64,000 nt of DNA from Octopus sinensis. Taxonomy: Eukaryota. The notes under the pieces are model-generated. The model did not search any database and had not been told where the DNA came from. It saw only the letters and a program-made list of their open reading frames with translations. The stretch spans positions 130,510,001-130,574,000 of the forward strand of contig NC_043001.1 in NCBI RefSeq assembly GCF_006345805.1. The letters are read 5' to 3'. Each line of letters begins with the position of its first letter. Positions within the stretch are counted from its first letter, which is position 1. The position numbers were made by a program, and so were the translations under genes. Shown here piece by piece: positions 12,564 to 26,439 of the stretch.

Positions 12564-13249
12564 TACAACGGGCTTCTTTCAGTTTCCATCTACCAAATCC
12601 ACTCACAAGGGTTTGGTTTTACAAGTAAGTGCTTATGTGCAGTAAACAGCCTTTGTGTATTTTTGAATGGGCAACCTTTGTCTTCTGTGCTGCAGTTGCT
12701 TTAGTTTCAAAATATGTTCTCAGATCAAAATACTTGCAATGCAAATTCATCTCCATAATATGTATAAACAATATATATATATATACCCATACACATTTAG
12801 TTTTTTTTTTCAGTTTTCATTTATCAAATTCACCCACATAGCTTTGGTCAACCTGGGGCTATAGTAGATAGTTATTGTGAGTTTAGTAATAATTCAGTTC
12901 TTTTGAAGATGAGCTTACAATTGGAACAACATTGCCTATCCAGGGTATTTTTACCTTACTGAATGAGGAAAAGCACCTTTGAAAAATATGTAGAACCCAT
13001 TATTACATATGGTTGTGTGAGCTGGAACATCAACAAACAAGTGTAAAAGACCACCAATACTGCAAAAATATTGTTCCTTAAATAAAAGGCTGAAGATGTC
13101 CTATGCAGATATAGTCACAAATATCAAAGTCTATAGATAAGCAAAGACCAAGTGTATAGCTAGAGTGTTATGCTACCTAAGAAGCCCGTGTATTTGTCAA
13201 CCTACCTCACAAGGGCCCCCCACCAAAAAAGAACTTACACGAGTTTATA

Positions 13250-13830
13250 TAGCAGACCCAAAAGAGTTGCTCTGATAAAATTGTTACCTGGAGTGGACTG
13301 CCCTCACTCAGCAGCTTCACTACAAGAAAAGAATATTAGAAAGTGTCTCAGTGATGTGAGGAGACAACAGGCTCAGTTCACTATGACGCCATATGAGAAA
13401 AAAATGCCTTGAGCACCTGGTGACAATCAAGGAAGTGAAAGAAAGATGTGGTTGAGAAAGATTGAGAATATTCTTAATGTCCAACACATAACTCAGTATG
13501 TTGGAGCAGGATACTATGGGGTCTATGATTATCAATAGTTGTAGGCTTGGTACATGGAGAAGCTGGGCACAAGAAAACTAATGATGGTCTTTGAAAAACT
13601 AGTATCTGTGGGGTCCTTGCTTATCAATAACTGTAGGCTTGGTATATAAAGAAGTTGGGAACAAGAAAATTAGTGATGATCTTTGAAAAACTATAATCTG
13701 TGGGATCCATGCTTACCAATAATTGTAGGCTTGGCATATAAAGAAGTTGGGCACAAAAACTAGTGATGATCTTTGGAAAACTTGAATCTAAGGAAACTGT
13801 TAGATATTAGTGACATGTGGTTCTAATTTT
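13250..13830 (+). mobile_element. Highly decayed RLE-LINE-like 3' end with a triplicated 90-bp segment
   Basis: Three copies of about 90 bp at 13515-13790; PIIVG..G..K-like translation resembles the R4-like C-termini at 5.0 and 6.6 kb. Confidence 0.4.
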
Positions 13831-14062
13831 AAATGTTTCTAACTCTAAATACTCAACTCTGTTGCTGGATTAGAAACTGTTTTATGAGTCAGATGAAACA
13901 AAAACAAGGTGAGTAAATTAGTTTGTTTGGGAGCACAGAACTAGTAGTATGATCTGAAAATATATCGGTCTGATACTAAAATAGTAGACTGATTCAAAAT
14001 TAGACTCTATGAACAGTAGTCAAGAACATAAAAATATCATGGCCATTGTAAATTAATTACTG

Positions 14063-14162
14063 NNNNNNNNNNNNNNNNNNNNNNNNNNNNNNNNNNNNNN
14101 NNNNNNNNNNNNNNNNNNNNNNNNNNNNNNNNNNNNNNNNNNNNNNNNNNNNNNNNNNNNNN
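14063..14162. other. Scaffold gap (100 N)
   Basis: Run of N. Confidence 1.
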
Positions 14163-14784
14163 ACCAGCAATGATTACATACACATACAGCTGCACAAGCC
14201 AAACATAGACACACATGTATACATGTATACATATTGCATACATACACACTTACTTATAAGCATAAATTGTATCGATTTAAATATAGATATATGCATGTGT
14301 ATGCAAAACCTGCACTTACATATACACACATTCATATGCAAACATGGACAAGAAAAAATAATTAAGGATATAAAACTTTAAATATAGGCTTTAATATTAA
14401 AAATTACAACAAAAGATAAGCATTCGGCTTGGTTCCAACCAAACCTTGGGCCTCTTTACCTTGTTATAATCACACACTGGCTCAGAGTTCATTAGGCTGA
14501 CAGTGTTGTATCTTGAAACCCTTTCATTAGTTGCATGGAGGAAATCGATAAAAATGGTAAAAGGAAGGGATGGCAGAGAGAAAAATCGCCAAGAAGGAGA
14601 ACCGAAATTGCTACCGATATAATGAATCTTGTAATGATGTGTTCTCGGATAAATAAATTGGTTGAAAGTCATAATTTTTGCCTTAGTTATCATATTCACC
14701 ATTGTCTGTTATACATTTTTAAAGTTTATGACCCAATCATAGGGATATGAGCGGAGGTGGACTTCTTGACTTTCATTGAATACA

Positions 14785-14829
<45 letters not shown>

Positions 14830-14974
14830 TTCTAAATACATGTATATACATATATGTAGTCATAAACACACACAGACACGCAGACACACACACACATATT
14901 TATACATCCATACATGGATGAACATATACATATGCATAAGTGTGTGCATGTGTACATACATATATGTATTTATG

Positions 14975-15120
14975 TATATATGTATGTATGTATGTATGTG
15001 TGTATGTATGTATGTATGTATGTGTATGTATGTATGTATGTATGTATTATGCATGCATGTGTATGTATGTATGTATGTATGTATGTATGTATGTATGTAT
15101 GTATGTATGTATGTATGTAT
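14975..15120. repeat. (ATGT)n microsatellite
   Basis: Direct reading. Confidence 0.95.
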
Positions 15121-15207
15121 CAGTGTACACAAGCATGGGAGTTGATTTGCATTTTAAAGTCTTTAATGTGTGTGTATACAAGCACAATGAATATACATGA
15201 ATTTGAA

Positions 15208-15243
<36 letters not shown>

Positions 15244-15420
15244 GCTATATTTGTTTGTGGATTAATAGTAGTTGAAGAATGCGGAAATAGTTTATCAAAA
15301 TTCATCTTTAGCTCCTGCAATATATCTGTTGTCTGCATCTATGTATGTATATATTTTTAAATGAATATGTGTGTGTGTGTGTTTACATGCATGCACATAC
15401 ATTTATATATATTTATATAC

Positions 15421-15455
<35 letters not shown>

Positions 15456-15594
15456 ATATATACATTATATATATTATATATGTGTGTGTTGTATGTGTGT
15501 GTTTTATATATACACACACACACACAATATATATATATTATATATATAATATATGTATGTATGTATATGTATATTTATTAGTATTATTTATATA

Positions 15595-15637
<43 letters not shown>

Positions 15638-16172
15638 TATATATAGCTTATAGATAGATAGATAGATAGATAGATGATAGATAGATAGAAGATAGCTTAC
15701 TGATAAATTAGATCATCCTGCTGTTAGTTCATTTTCATCTTAAAATGGTGTGTGTGTGTGTGTGCATGCACGTGTGCTTGTATGTATGTATGTATGTATC
15801 TGCAAGAAACATCAGCCATCTAGCAGAGAGAAGGCAGTTTAATGAGTTTAATGTGACACAGAATTTAAGAATCAATTATTCTCAATGAGATATTCAAAAT
15901 GTCTGAAATTTCTACCAAGAAAGCTGTGTGGAATAATAAGGCTATACAATTTTCAATACAATTTCTGGCATCTTTTGTTTTTTGCTTCACTTGGACACTT
16001 ATATATTCACATGCAAACATATGCAACTGTCCTCATTATAAAGACTCTTTCTGAATGTACTTAGAATATGTTTACATTCTTAGTCCATTCACAGGGTGGC
16101 TTTGCATTATTTAAATGTACTTCAGTTCATCTGAATTATGCAGTATTGTATATAGTATATTTATATACATTG

Positions 16173-16510
16173 CCAGCCTCGCCTGGCCCCCGTGCCGGTG
16201 GCACGTAACAGCACTATCCGTTCGTGTCCATTGCCAGCCTCGCCTGGCCCCCGTGCTGATGGCACGTAAAAGCACCATCCGTTCATGGCCGTTTGCCAGC
16301 TCCGTCTGGCACCTGTGCGGGTGGCACGTAAAAATACCCACTACACTCATGGAGTGGTTGGCGTCAGGAAGGGCATCCAGCCATAGAAACACTGCCAGAT
16401 CAGACTGGGCCTGATGCGGCCTTCCGGCTTCACAGACCCCAGTTGAACCGTCCAACCCATGCTAGCATGGAAAGCGGACGCTAAATGATGATGATGATTA
16501 TGATGATGAT
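16173..16510 (+). mobile_element. SINE-like family D
   Basis: Similar to 12252-12532, with an internal tandem subrepeat and (GAT)n tail. Confidence 0.8.
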
Positions 16511-16519
16511 ATAAGTACA

Positions 16520-16900
16520 GGTGTGTCTATATGGTAAGAAGCTTGCTTCCCAACTAGATGGATCAAGTTTCAGTTCCATTGCATGGCACCTTCAGTAAGT
16601 GTCTTCTACCATAGTCTTGGGCTGACCAAAACCTTGGCAGTGGATTTGGTAGAAGGAAACTGAAAGAAGCCCATTGTGTGTGTCTGTGTTTGTCTTTGTG
16701 CCTGTCTGTGTCTGTCCACCAACCACTGCTTGAAAACTGATGTTGCTGTGTTGATGTCCCTGTAACTTAGCAGTTCGGCAAAGAGACCAATAAAATAAGC
16801 ACCAGGCTTAACAAAATCAAGTACTAGTGTCAATTTATTTGACTAAAAATTCTAAAGGGTGGTGGCCCAGCACGGCCACAATCTAATTACTGAAACAGAT
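16520..16900 (+). mobile_element. SINE family B (diverged)
   Basis: ggcaccttcagtaagtgtcttctaccatag...gtggatttggtagaaggaaactgaaagaagccc, then the tail half. Confidence 0.7.
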
Positions 16901-17450
16901 AAGTTATAATAGATAAAAGAGGAACTGTTATAATAATAATAATATAATAATGAAATTATTGTATACAGTGCTCAGGTGCACCACAACTTGTCAGAAAGTG
17001 CATATAAAGCATATGCAGTAATGTAGAAATGTCTGGAAAGCGAACAATGTATGAGTCAGATACATGCCCGTGTGTGTATGGAGGGGAGAAAATCAGGTGT
17101 AGTGTTGGCGAATCTCAGGAAGCATGGAAGTTTTGAAGGATGCAGTGCTCCGACAACTAACAACTGCAATAAGGTAGCCAGGTGTCACATAAGCATCCTA
17201 GGAATTAGTAATCACACTTGCATGAAAGTTAATTCCAGGGAGAAGTGAGACATATTTTGGGGAACATAAGAATAATGGAAGATGGAGACAAATGCTCAAG
17301 ATGTTATTTAAATCATTTATATCACCATATTACCGACATGTGTTTTGATAGATGCATAAAAATAAATCCGAGAGGAAGACTAATGTGGAAAAATGCATCA
17401 ATCTATCAGGGAGGATATAAACAACAGTTGTTTTAATAGATGTAAGAAAC

Positions 17451-17489
<39 letters not shown>

Positions 17490-17491
<2 letters not shown>

Positions 17492-17706
17492 AATAATAAT
17501 AAGGGCAAAAATTAATTAATAAGTAATTAATAATTTTACCAAGCAGAGTTCAATTTTTCCCTCTATACCTATGTGAATTGTTTTTGAGTATACATTGTCT
17601 GGGAGACGCTTCTTATAGTAGAGGAAATAGCTAAATTCTTTGGCTTCTATTTCTAAAAGTTCGGTGTGTGGTAAAGTAAATTTTTTTGCTGAACCCTAAT
17701 TATATA
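17490..17706. repeat. Old diverged relative of retrozyme-like family 1, also internally inverted
   Basis: gggcaaaaattaattaat...ttttaccaagc matches the forward unit; ctatttctaaaagttcggtgtgtggtaaagtaaatttttttgctgaaccctaattatataa matches the reverse unit (ctatttctaatgagttcagtatgcggcaaagtaatttattttactaagcccttttatataa); follows (TA)n. Confidence 0.65.
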
Positions 17707-19702
17707 AAGAATAATATCAATGAAATCTTTGAAATATGTGCTGGAAGTAAAAATATTTGAATTATACCTGCGTTAAACTCCATTTATTTATTTATATATT
17801 ATACAAAAAATTCAACATAAACCCGAAGTTTCTACCTTTAAAAACAAAGAGTTACAAACTCTTTACTTGTGTGATTTTTTGGTACCCTGGTAACTATTTA
17901 TCTATTTTTTCTGTGTTAATTGTTAACAAAGGAAAAATACACTCATCTATTTATATATTATTATATTATCCAATGTGCCATTCTTTATTTAAGGTCTAGG
18001 ATGGGATTTGATATGGAGAGAGAGAGATTTAGCTCTTATTCTATTAGTTATTGCTCAGTGTGTTTGAAACTGGTATTTAGTCCTAGATTAGTTCTGAAGA
18101 AGGTCGCTTATTAAATGGCATTCTTACCATGACTATGAAGTCGTTTTCTAATTTTGCGACATGTTACATTTAAGCAACACATTATCCACTGTCTCCATCT
18201 TTTCTAAGATCCTAAAATGTGATTTGCAGATTTAGCAACTATTTCTAGGAAAGTAAGCAGCCATGTAGAGGTTTCGTCACTGGCTCATTTCATCTAAAGT
18301 AAATCAGCTTGATGGGGGTCATTATCCTCCATTCTTTGTACAGAAGAATTAAATTAGTATAGAAATTTAATTAAATACATGTCAGTTTTGTAGGATCCCT
18401 GCTGTTTCTATCATTAAACTATTCCTTTTCTGTGCTACCTATTAATATCTATGTGAGAAGATCCACTCCAGTGTTAGATATCTTGGTCATATCTTGGTCA
18501 TTACTCATACTGTCATACTGGTGGTAGTTTAAAGCTTTTATAAACTGTCAACCTTTTTGGCTGTTCTGTCGGTTATATTATAGCTAAATGCAAGCATACT
18601 AAATTGTGAAACTTAAAAGCAGTTTTTAAATGAACTGAAATTATATTCGTAATGAAAAGAAATATCATTTCTATAAAATGAAATTCATCTCAAAACAAGC
18701 AATAGTTAAATGGAAATATGCAGTGTCCATGTAAGTCTTTTGTGGTCTGTAATAGTAATCTTTGCATATGGAATGATTTTTGGTTGTTATAGTAAAAAAT
18801 AACAGACATGCTTTAGTTTTATTTAGAACTTCTCATCCCAGCCAAGAACGTAGCCTTCATAGTCAGGACAAGGCTACCATAGACAACACAAAGCTTCCAG
18901 CCTACACAATAACTTAAAGCTTACATAGTTTTGAATGAAAATAATTCCACTGATTTAAAATAATGAAATTGAAAAATTTCCTGAGGATGTCCACACTGCT
19001 GGGTGATTGGTGTTAGGAAGGTCATCCAGCCATAAAAACCATGCCAAAACAGACACAGAAGTATGATGCAACCTTCTGCCTGGCCAGCTCCTGTCAAACT
19101 GTCCAATCCATGCCAGCATGGAAGGTAGACTTTAAACAATGTTAGCTTGCACTTAACTACATATTCTTCCCTGATAAGGACAAGGAAAATAAAAAAATCT
19201 CCTTGTCTTACACTTGAAATGCAACTCTCTAACATACAGAAACAACAGATTCTATAGTTTTCTTAAATATAGAAATAAAGGATTTGTTTTAACAAGATTT
19301 ATAAGAAAATTGGTGGGCTTTACAATATTTCTTTTACTTAGGTTTATATTAATTTTTTTAAATTCTTATTTTGTTTGCGGTGGGCAAGATATTTATTTGA
19401 ATGGGTTTGCAAGAAGAGCAATGGTGTAAAAAGAGCTTCCATATGATCATTATTAGCTGAAATGTCATAAATGTATATTTACCGTTTAGAAACTAAGAAG
19501 TGAAAAATGAAAAATATAACCAAAATTACCAGAAAATATAAATATGAAAATATAAATTGAAATCATTTGAAGAATGAAGAGAAAATTAAAAGATGGTTTC
19601 CAATCCATACTACATTGTATATGTATGAGTGCATATATATACATGCACACACACACATATACACTTATATACATATATGTATTTCTCTCCCTGTCTCCCC
19701 AT

Positions 19703-19734
<32 letters not shown>

Positions 19735-20194
19735 CATACACATACATTCATACATATAAAAACATATTATATTTATATATATTATTGTTCTTTTCTCAAC
19801 TCAATATGGAAAGTGACAGAGGTTCAGTCAAGTGGAAGTGGTTATATAATTTAAGAAAAGAAACCTTATAAAGAAATATCAAATGTGTCTCTCTGTCTGT
19901 TACCATGTCTGTCTGTCTGGATGGATGGATGTTCGGTAAAAAAATTTATGAATTAAATATAAATATACAAATATATGTGCATGTGTGTATTTGCATTTAT
20001 ATGTACACACATACAAACACACACACATGTGTATTATATACACACATACATACATACAAATCTGCATATATACATACTCTAAAGGCATAATAATTTTCTG
20101 CTCAGACTGTATCTATTTTTGATAGACTTTCAATGGGACAACTCCCATTATAAAACTGAACACATTATGCTTCAGTTCTTTTCTGCTTATTATA

Positions 20195-21128
20195 TTGGGT
20201 CATCCCATAAATAATGCGGGTTTTTCAATAGCATGAACTAAAAGTCGGAGGGGGATGGGATAAACTACTTGTACCAACTTACTATAAAAGCAGGTAGTAG
20301 TTTTAGTGCAGGTTTTTTGAAGGGTGCAGTTCGATTTTAACAGTTATTTTTTTCAAAGCTGTAATGGAAGTGACAAAAGAGCAAAGGCAACAATGCAACG
20401 TAAAGGGTGAGGAATATTAATGCAGTATATGGGGATCGGACAATAAGCATAAGCCAGTGTCAAGAGTGGTTCCAGAAATTCCAAGCCGGAAACTATAGTG
20501 TGCCATTGGAAAAGTCAGCAAATTGGGTCAATATGTTCCTCACAAACTTTTCAAGTCTAACTGCATGCAGAGAGTGAATGTGTGCTCTTCTTTGCTGTCA
20601 TATCTCACAAATGAACCTTTTTGGGATCGAATAGTGACTGGTGACGAGAAATAGGTTCTCTATAGAAATGTCAAGAGCTGGAGACAATCTGTAGGGAAAG
20701 GTTTAGTTCACTTTGAACTTTTAAACCCAAACCAAATGATAACAAAGGAGATGTGCTGTGAGAAAAACAACCATCTTTGGTTTCAAGACGAAAGGTGTTC
20801 TTCCATCAGGATAATGCTTGACCACATACAGTAACGATGATATTTGAAAAGCTGGAGTAGTTTGTATGGGGAACAATGCCCCACTCACCATATCCACTGG
20901 ACATTGCCCCATTTGATTATTATTTATTCTGCCGTTTTCAAAATCATCTGAATGGTAAAAATATGAATTCTGTAGACAAGGTCAAAACAGTACTGGGGGA
21001 GTATTTTTCATCATGGACAAGTGAATTTTAGAAGTGAGGCCTTGCAATTCAACCAGATAGATGGAAGAGCATTGTAGAAAATGAAGGAGAGTATATTTTA
21101 GCATTTTCTACTTTGTCTTATTTTCCTT
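20195..21128 (+). mobile_element. Decayed mariner (DD34D-type) DNA transposon
   Basis: DRIVTGDEK (about 20625-20651), HQDNA*PH (about 20805), PHSPYPLDIAPFDYYLF (about 20880-20930), RWKSIVENEGEY (about 21060); stops and frameshifts present. Confidence 0.8.
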
Positions 21129-21210
21129 ATATATATATATATATATATATATACAAGCATATGATGGTTGTATTTAAGATGACAGTTTTGAAAAGGTAAA
21201 ATACAAGTTA

Positions 21211-22350
21211 TTTTTTGACTGGTGATTAAAAAGAACACCACCATTACCACAGATATATATTATAAACACACAGATCTACACCAATGTGCCATCCACCTCA
21301 TACAAAACGTAACATCCCATACTGCTTAGCCAGAAGAATCTGTACTATTGTAGAGGATCTAAAGACCAGAAATCAGCGCATGATGGAACTGAAAGAATTT
21401 CCACTCAAACAAAAATACCCATCCCTACTTATAGAAAATGGTATTCGGCCGGCTTTGAAAATACCCATATAACAACTGAGGACACCACAAAGAAGAGAAA
21501 AACAAGAACAAATCATACCATTTATAGTGACGCACAATCCATGCCACCAGAACATCTTCAATATCACTAAAGCAAGCCTACCAATCATTGCACAAAGTAA
21601 GGACTTGAGAAATACCATTACAGATCAAACTTTAACTCTCAGTAAGAGACAACCTAAAAGCTTGAAAAAGTTATTAACAAAGGCAAGGTTTGACCTTCGC
21701 AACAAAGATCAACCATTCACTGTATCATAATTAATTCATACTGGCCCATATATGAACACAAAAACGGGGAAAATATTCACAAACGCAAATATGAACTGCA
21801 AAAGCAGAAATTCAATCTACTGCATCAAATGCCCAAATTGTGAAGAACTGTATGTTGGCCAGGCAGGTAATGCACTTTCAGAGCACTCGCCTGTGCATCG
21901 ACAACATTAAAAACCCAGAAGTCCACCAAATACCACTGAGTAACAATCTGGCGACATGTGGTCAGAAAACTTTTATGATATTCCCATTTCATAAACTTTA
22001 CAACCTGAATGAAACTGAGAGAAAACTGAGAGAAAAGGACTTTATTAAGAAATTCGAACCCAAGCTTAGCAAACAATGATTAAATTAATCTTTTTGGGGG
22101 TCTAAAAATCTTATCCCTATAAGCAAAACAAAAAATCTCTAAAAAGTACTGCTGTCATAATTTCTAAACATAAACATTGAAAAATGGTTTGGCATCATTT
22201 CTAAAAATAGCCAAGCAACTACTACTGCTGCCCACGGGAACATGTATAAAGGACAAAAGACAGCCAGTCAACCACAGTTGAAACATTCCTGTCACAACCT
22301 GGGACCTTGAAGACTGCTTAAATGCATGAAAGTATACTAGTCCCTTCATA
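21211..22350 (+). mobile_element. Penelope-like element (PLE) 3' part: RT thumb, GIY-YIG endonuclease and 3' UTR; frameshifted
   Basis: TTDIYYKHTDLHQ / CHPPHTKRNIPYCLARRICTIV / IPFIVTHNP / KRQPKSLKKLL / IYCIKCPNCEELYVGQ (from 21815) / ERKLREKDFIKKFEPKLS*, stop at 22079. Confidence 0.9.
22301..22344 (+). ncRNA. Type I hammerhead ribozyme in the PLE 3' UTR (core has one extra U)
   Basis: gggac-CTTGAAGA-c-tgc ttaaat gca-t-GAA-AGTATACT-A-gtccc: 5-bp helix I, 3-bp helix II, perfectly palindromic helix III, CUA triplet. Confidence 0.75.
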
Positions 22351-22841
22351 TTTGATATTCAATATTTCATGTATTCAATAAGACAATCAATACTTCATTT
22401 CATTTTACTTTATATATTATTTATACTATATATTCTATATTCTACATTAATATTATAAAGAATATAAATAAAACACAAAAAACAGACAGAGCTGGAATTT
22501 CTTTGAATAACATATATATATATATATATATATACACCTTTATATTTTATCTTCTATTTATTTCAGTCATTGGATTGTGGCCTTGGTGAGACACTGCCCT
22601 GAAGTGCTTAGTTCAACAAATTGAGCACAGGACTTATTTTTAAGTCTAGTCTCTTTTGCTGAACTGCTAAGTCACAGGGATGTTCCTCCATCACTTGACA
22701 ATTGATGTTGGCTTGTTAACATCCCTGTAGCTTTGCAGTTCAGCAAAGGTGACTGATAGAATAAGTGTCAGACTTAAGAATAAGTACAGGATTCAGTTGG
22801 CTGAAAGAAGAAAAAGAAAGAAAGAAAGATAGATAGATATA

Positions 22842-23250
22842 GGCGCAGGAGTGGCTGTGTGGTAAGTAGCTTGTTTACCAACCACATGGTTCCGAGTTCA
22901 GTCCCACTGCGTGGCACCTTGGGCAAGTGTCTTCTACTATAGCCTCGGGCCAACCAAAGCCTTGTGAGTGGATCTGGTAGACAGAAACTGAAAGAAGCCT
23001 GTCATATATATGTATATATAATATATATATGTGTGTGTGTCTGTGTTTGTCCCCCTAGCATTGCTTGACAACCGATGCTGGTGTGTTTACGTCCCTGTCA
23101 CTTAGCGGTTCAGCAAAAGAGACCGATAGAATAAGTACTGGGCTTACAAAGAATAAGTCCCGGGGTCGATTTGCTCGACTAAAGGCGGTGCTCCAGCATG
23201 GCCGCCAGTCAAATGACTGAAACAAGTAAAAGAGTAAAAAGAGTAAAGAG
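22842..23250 (+). mobile_element. SINE family B, full length (resembles the octopus tRNA-derived CORE-type OR SINEs from memory)
   Basis: Head ggcgcaggagtggctgtgtggtaag...ggttccgagttcagtccc (A/B-box-like), CORE-like ggcaccttgggcaagtg, internal (TA)(TG)n, tail aagagtaaaa repeats. Confidence 0.85.

Positions 23251-23322
<72 letters not shown>
23251..23322. repeat. (GATA)n microsatellite
   Basis: Direct reading. Confidence 0.95.
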
Positions 23323-23325
<3 letters not shown>

Positions 23326-24100
23326 AAGAAAGCAATTTATGAATGGGAATTAAGAAAGTTTCTCTCCAAACAGAAAAAGAAAAAATGAACTTAAATCAAC
23401 GAAATGGGATTCAGCTTGGAATCGAAAACAGCAACGCAACTTTAGCTCACTTCAAACTAACCTCTTGCTAATTGATGCTTAATACAATACAATATCAAAT
23501 ATAAATGGGGGGGAAATGGTAATTCAAAAATTATGTTTTATTTTTCCTTTTTAAATAATACTGAAATTTCAAAATATTAATTCATAATATAAATAACAGC
23601 AATGACACTTCTTTTATCTGTCTGATTGCTGCTTGTTAGATTGCTTTGTTTTATATTGTTTTATATTATTATTATTATTTTTATTATTATTATTGTTGTT
23701 GTTGTTGTTGTTGTTGTTATTGATATTATCTGGTCTTGCATTATGTATATGTTGTTAAGATATTAGAATATGAAAAATCTACAGAGAAAAAGAGAGAGAG
23801 AGGAAGAAGTTGGGGGTGGAGGAAAGAAATGGAGATCGAATAGCTTTTAAAGAAAACATCAAAAACAACATTTGTTGTTGTTGTTGTTGTTGTTGTTTGC
23901 CATTAATTTCATCTCAGCTTTAGTTATGTATGTTTTGTCAAGTTTAAGTGAAAAGAATCTGAAAAATAGTATAGGCTTTGACTTACATATATACATAATT
24001 ATACATACTTTCATACAAACATAAACACACACATATATATTTATATATACGCACACACACACACACATATATATATATGTATATATATACACATGCACTG

Positions 24101-24135
<35 letters not shown>

Positions 24136-24228
24136 CATACACACATGCACTGTGTGTATACACACCAACATACATACATATTTACACCACATACACATAT
24201 AAACCTTCACATGTACACACAAACATAT

Positions 24229-24263
<35 letters not shown>

Positions 24264-24449
24264 CACATATGCACTGGCACACATATACACACACCAACAT
24301 ACATACATATTTACACATACACATATAAACCATCACATGCACACACAAACATATACAATAAATACACATACACATACATACATATACACACACAGACAAT
24401 ATGTGTTTAGCAATATAAAACAGAAATCAAACTATTACACATCAAAACA

Positions 24450-25260
24450 TTCATACCGTTCCATCATCATTACCACCACTGCCACTGATACCACCATCAT
24501 CACGGTAGTTCATACTAGCACCATCACACTGTCTCTGTCATTACTATCACCGCTGTCATCACTACAACCATCATCATTATTATTATTATTATTGCAGCAT
24601 CCTCACCTCTTTCTCTTAGTGACGGTGCTATTGTCTTGGTAGCACCATCGCCATCTACAACCACTGTGCAGTAATTGCCTATCATCATCATTGCAACCAC
24701 CACCACAATAAAAACAACTACCACCACCACCACCATCATCACCACCACAAAAACAACACTAACATCAATAACAACAACAACAAACACCACTACCACCACC
24801 ACAACAACAAACACCACCACTGCAACTGCCACTACACAACCACAATCACCACTACCACTACCAACACAACCACTATCACCACCACAACAACAACCATTAT
24901 CACTGCAACTACCACAATCAACACAACCACCATCACAATGGCAACCACCATCAAGCCACCCACCACTACCACCGCCACTACCTTTACCATCCTACAACTA
25001 CTATTATCACCATCATAACCATACACCACTACCAATATCACAAACACACCATCATCATCATCATCATCATCATCATCACCATAACTATCATTACAATCAA
25101 CACCACCACAACACTATCAACTTCATCGTTATCACGCTATCACCACCACTATCATCACGATCATCACCATCACCACAATCAATCACAGCAACCACCGACA
25201 TCATGGCAACAACCAATAACCACTGCACCTACAGAAACACCACCACAATTATCACAGCAA
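24450..25260. repeat. Degenerate CAC/CAA/CAT trinucleotide low-complexity tract
   Basis: Direct reading; produces spurious Thr/His/Val-rich ORFs. Confidence 0.85.
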
Positions 25261-26071
25261 ACCGCATCCGTTCCCCCCCCTCTCCTGCCACATATACCAT
25301 AACTTTTGACAGCGAACAGAGAGAATTTATAAAGTGAAACCTCAAGCAATTAAACATTAATTGTCATACTTCTTCATCTCCAATAAGAACAAGAACAACT
25401 TCCATATTAAATATGTTGAGACATAATGAAGATTAAAGAGTGTAACCAGTGTTCTTTACGACAATGGTTTTTGCATAGAAATTCCATACAGAGCACTACA
25501 TAAACACATACACACACAAATATACAAAGATACATACATGCATATACACACACACACACACACACACACGTACATACATACATACACACATACATACATA
25601 CATAAATACATACTTATATAAATACATACATAAATACATACATAAATACATACATACATACGTACATACATAAATACATACATACATAAATGCATACATA
25701 CATGCATACATACATAAATACAACATACTACATCACACATACATACATACATAAAATACATACTACATACATACACCATACATAAATACATACATACATA
25801 CATACTACATACATACTTACATACATAAATACATACATACATAAATGCATACATACATACATACATACATACATACATACATAACATACATACATACGTA
25901 TGTGCATGCCCACATAGGAGAGAGGGATGTACCATTTCATATTTGAAATATGACAATTTCTTTTTCTAGAAGAAACTACAGTAATAAATAACTGTGTTTT
26001 TGTGTATGCATGTATATTTAAATAAAACTGACAAACATAAATATACACATGTATATAAATATATGTATATA

Positions 26072-26120
<49 letters not shown>

Positions 26121-26132
26121 TGTATATATATG

Positions 26133-26177
<45 letters not shown>

Positions 26178-26401
26178 TTATAATATAATATATCAATATC
26201 TTTTTTTATGTATACACATCAATATATACATATTTTATACACACACACACACACATATATAATATATATATATATGTATGTAATATGTATGTATGTATAT
26301 CTATATATATACAGTATATAAGTATATATATATATATAATATATGTGTGTGTGTTGTGTGTTGTGTATGTCAGTGTGTGTATATATATATATATATTTAA
26401 G

Positions 26402-26439
<38 letters not shown>

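Noticed and set aside
14397-14702. Possible minus-strand host exon (donor-like aag|gtaaag near 14460)
   Set aside because: No recognisable protein and no supportable acceptor; needs RNA-seq.
18094-18150. CTGAAGA...GAAG hammerhead remnant
   Set aside because: No A15.1-U16.1 pair and weak helices I and III.
24675-25337. 220-aa Thr/Pro/His-rich ORF (mucin-like)
   Set aside because: Degenerate trinucleotide tract open in several frames; no splice or domain support.
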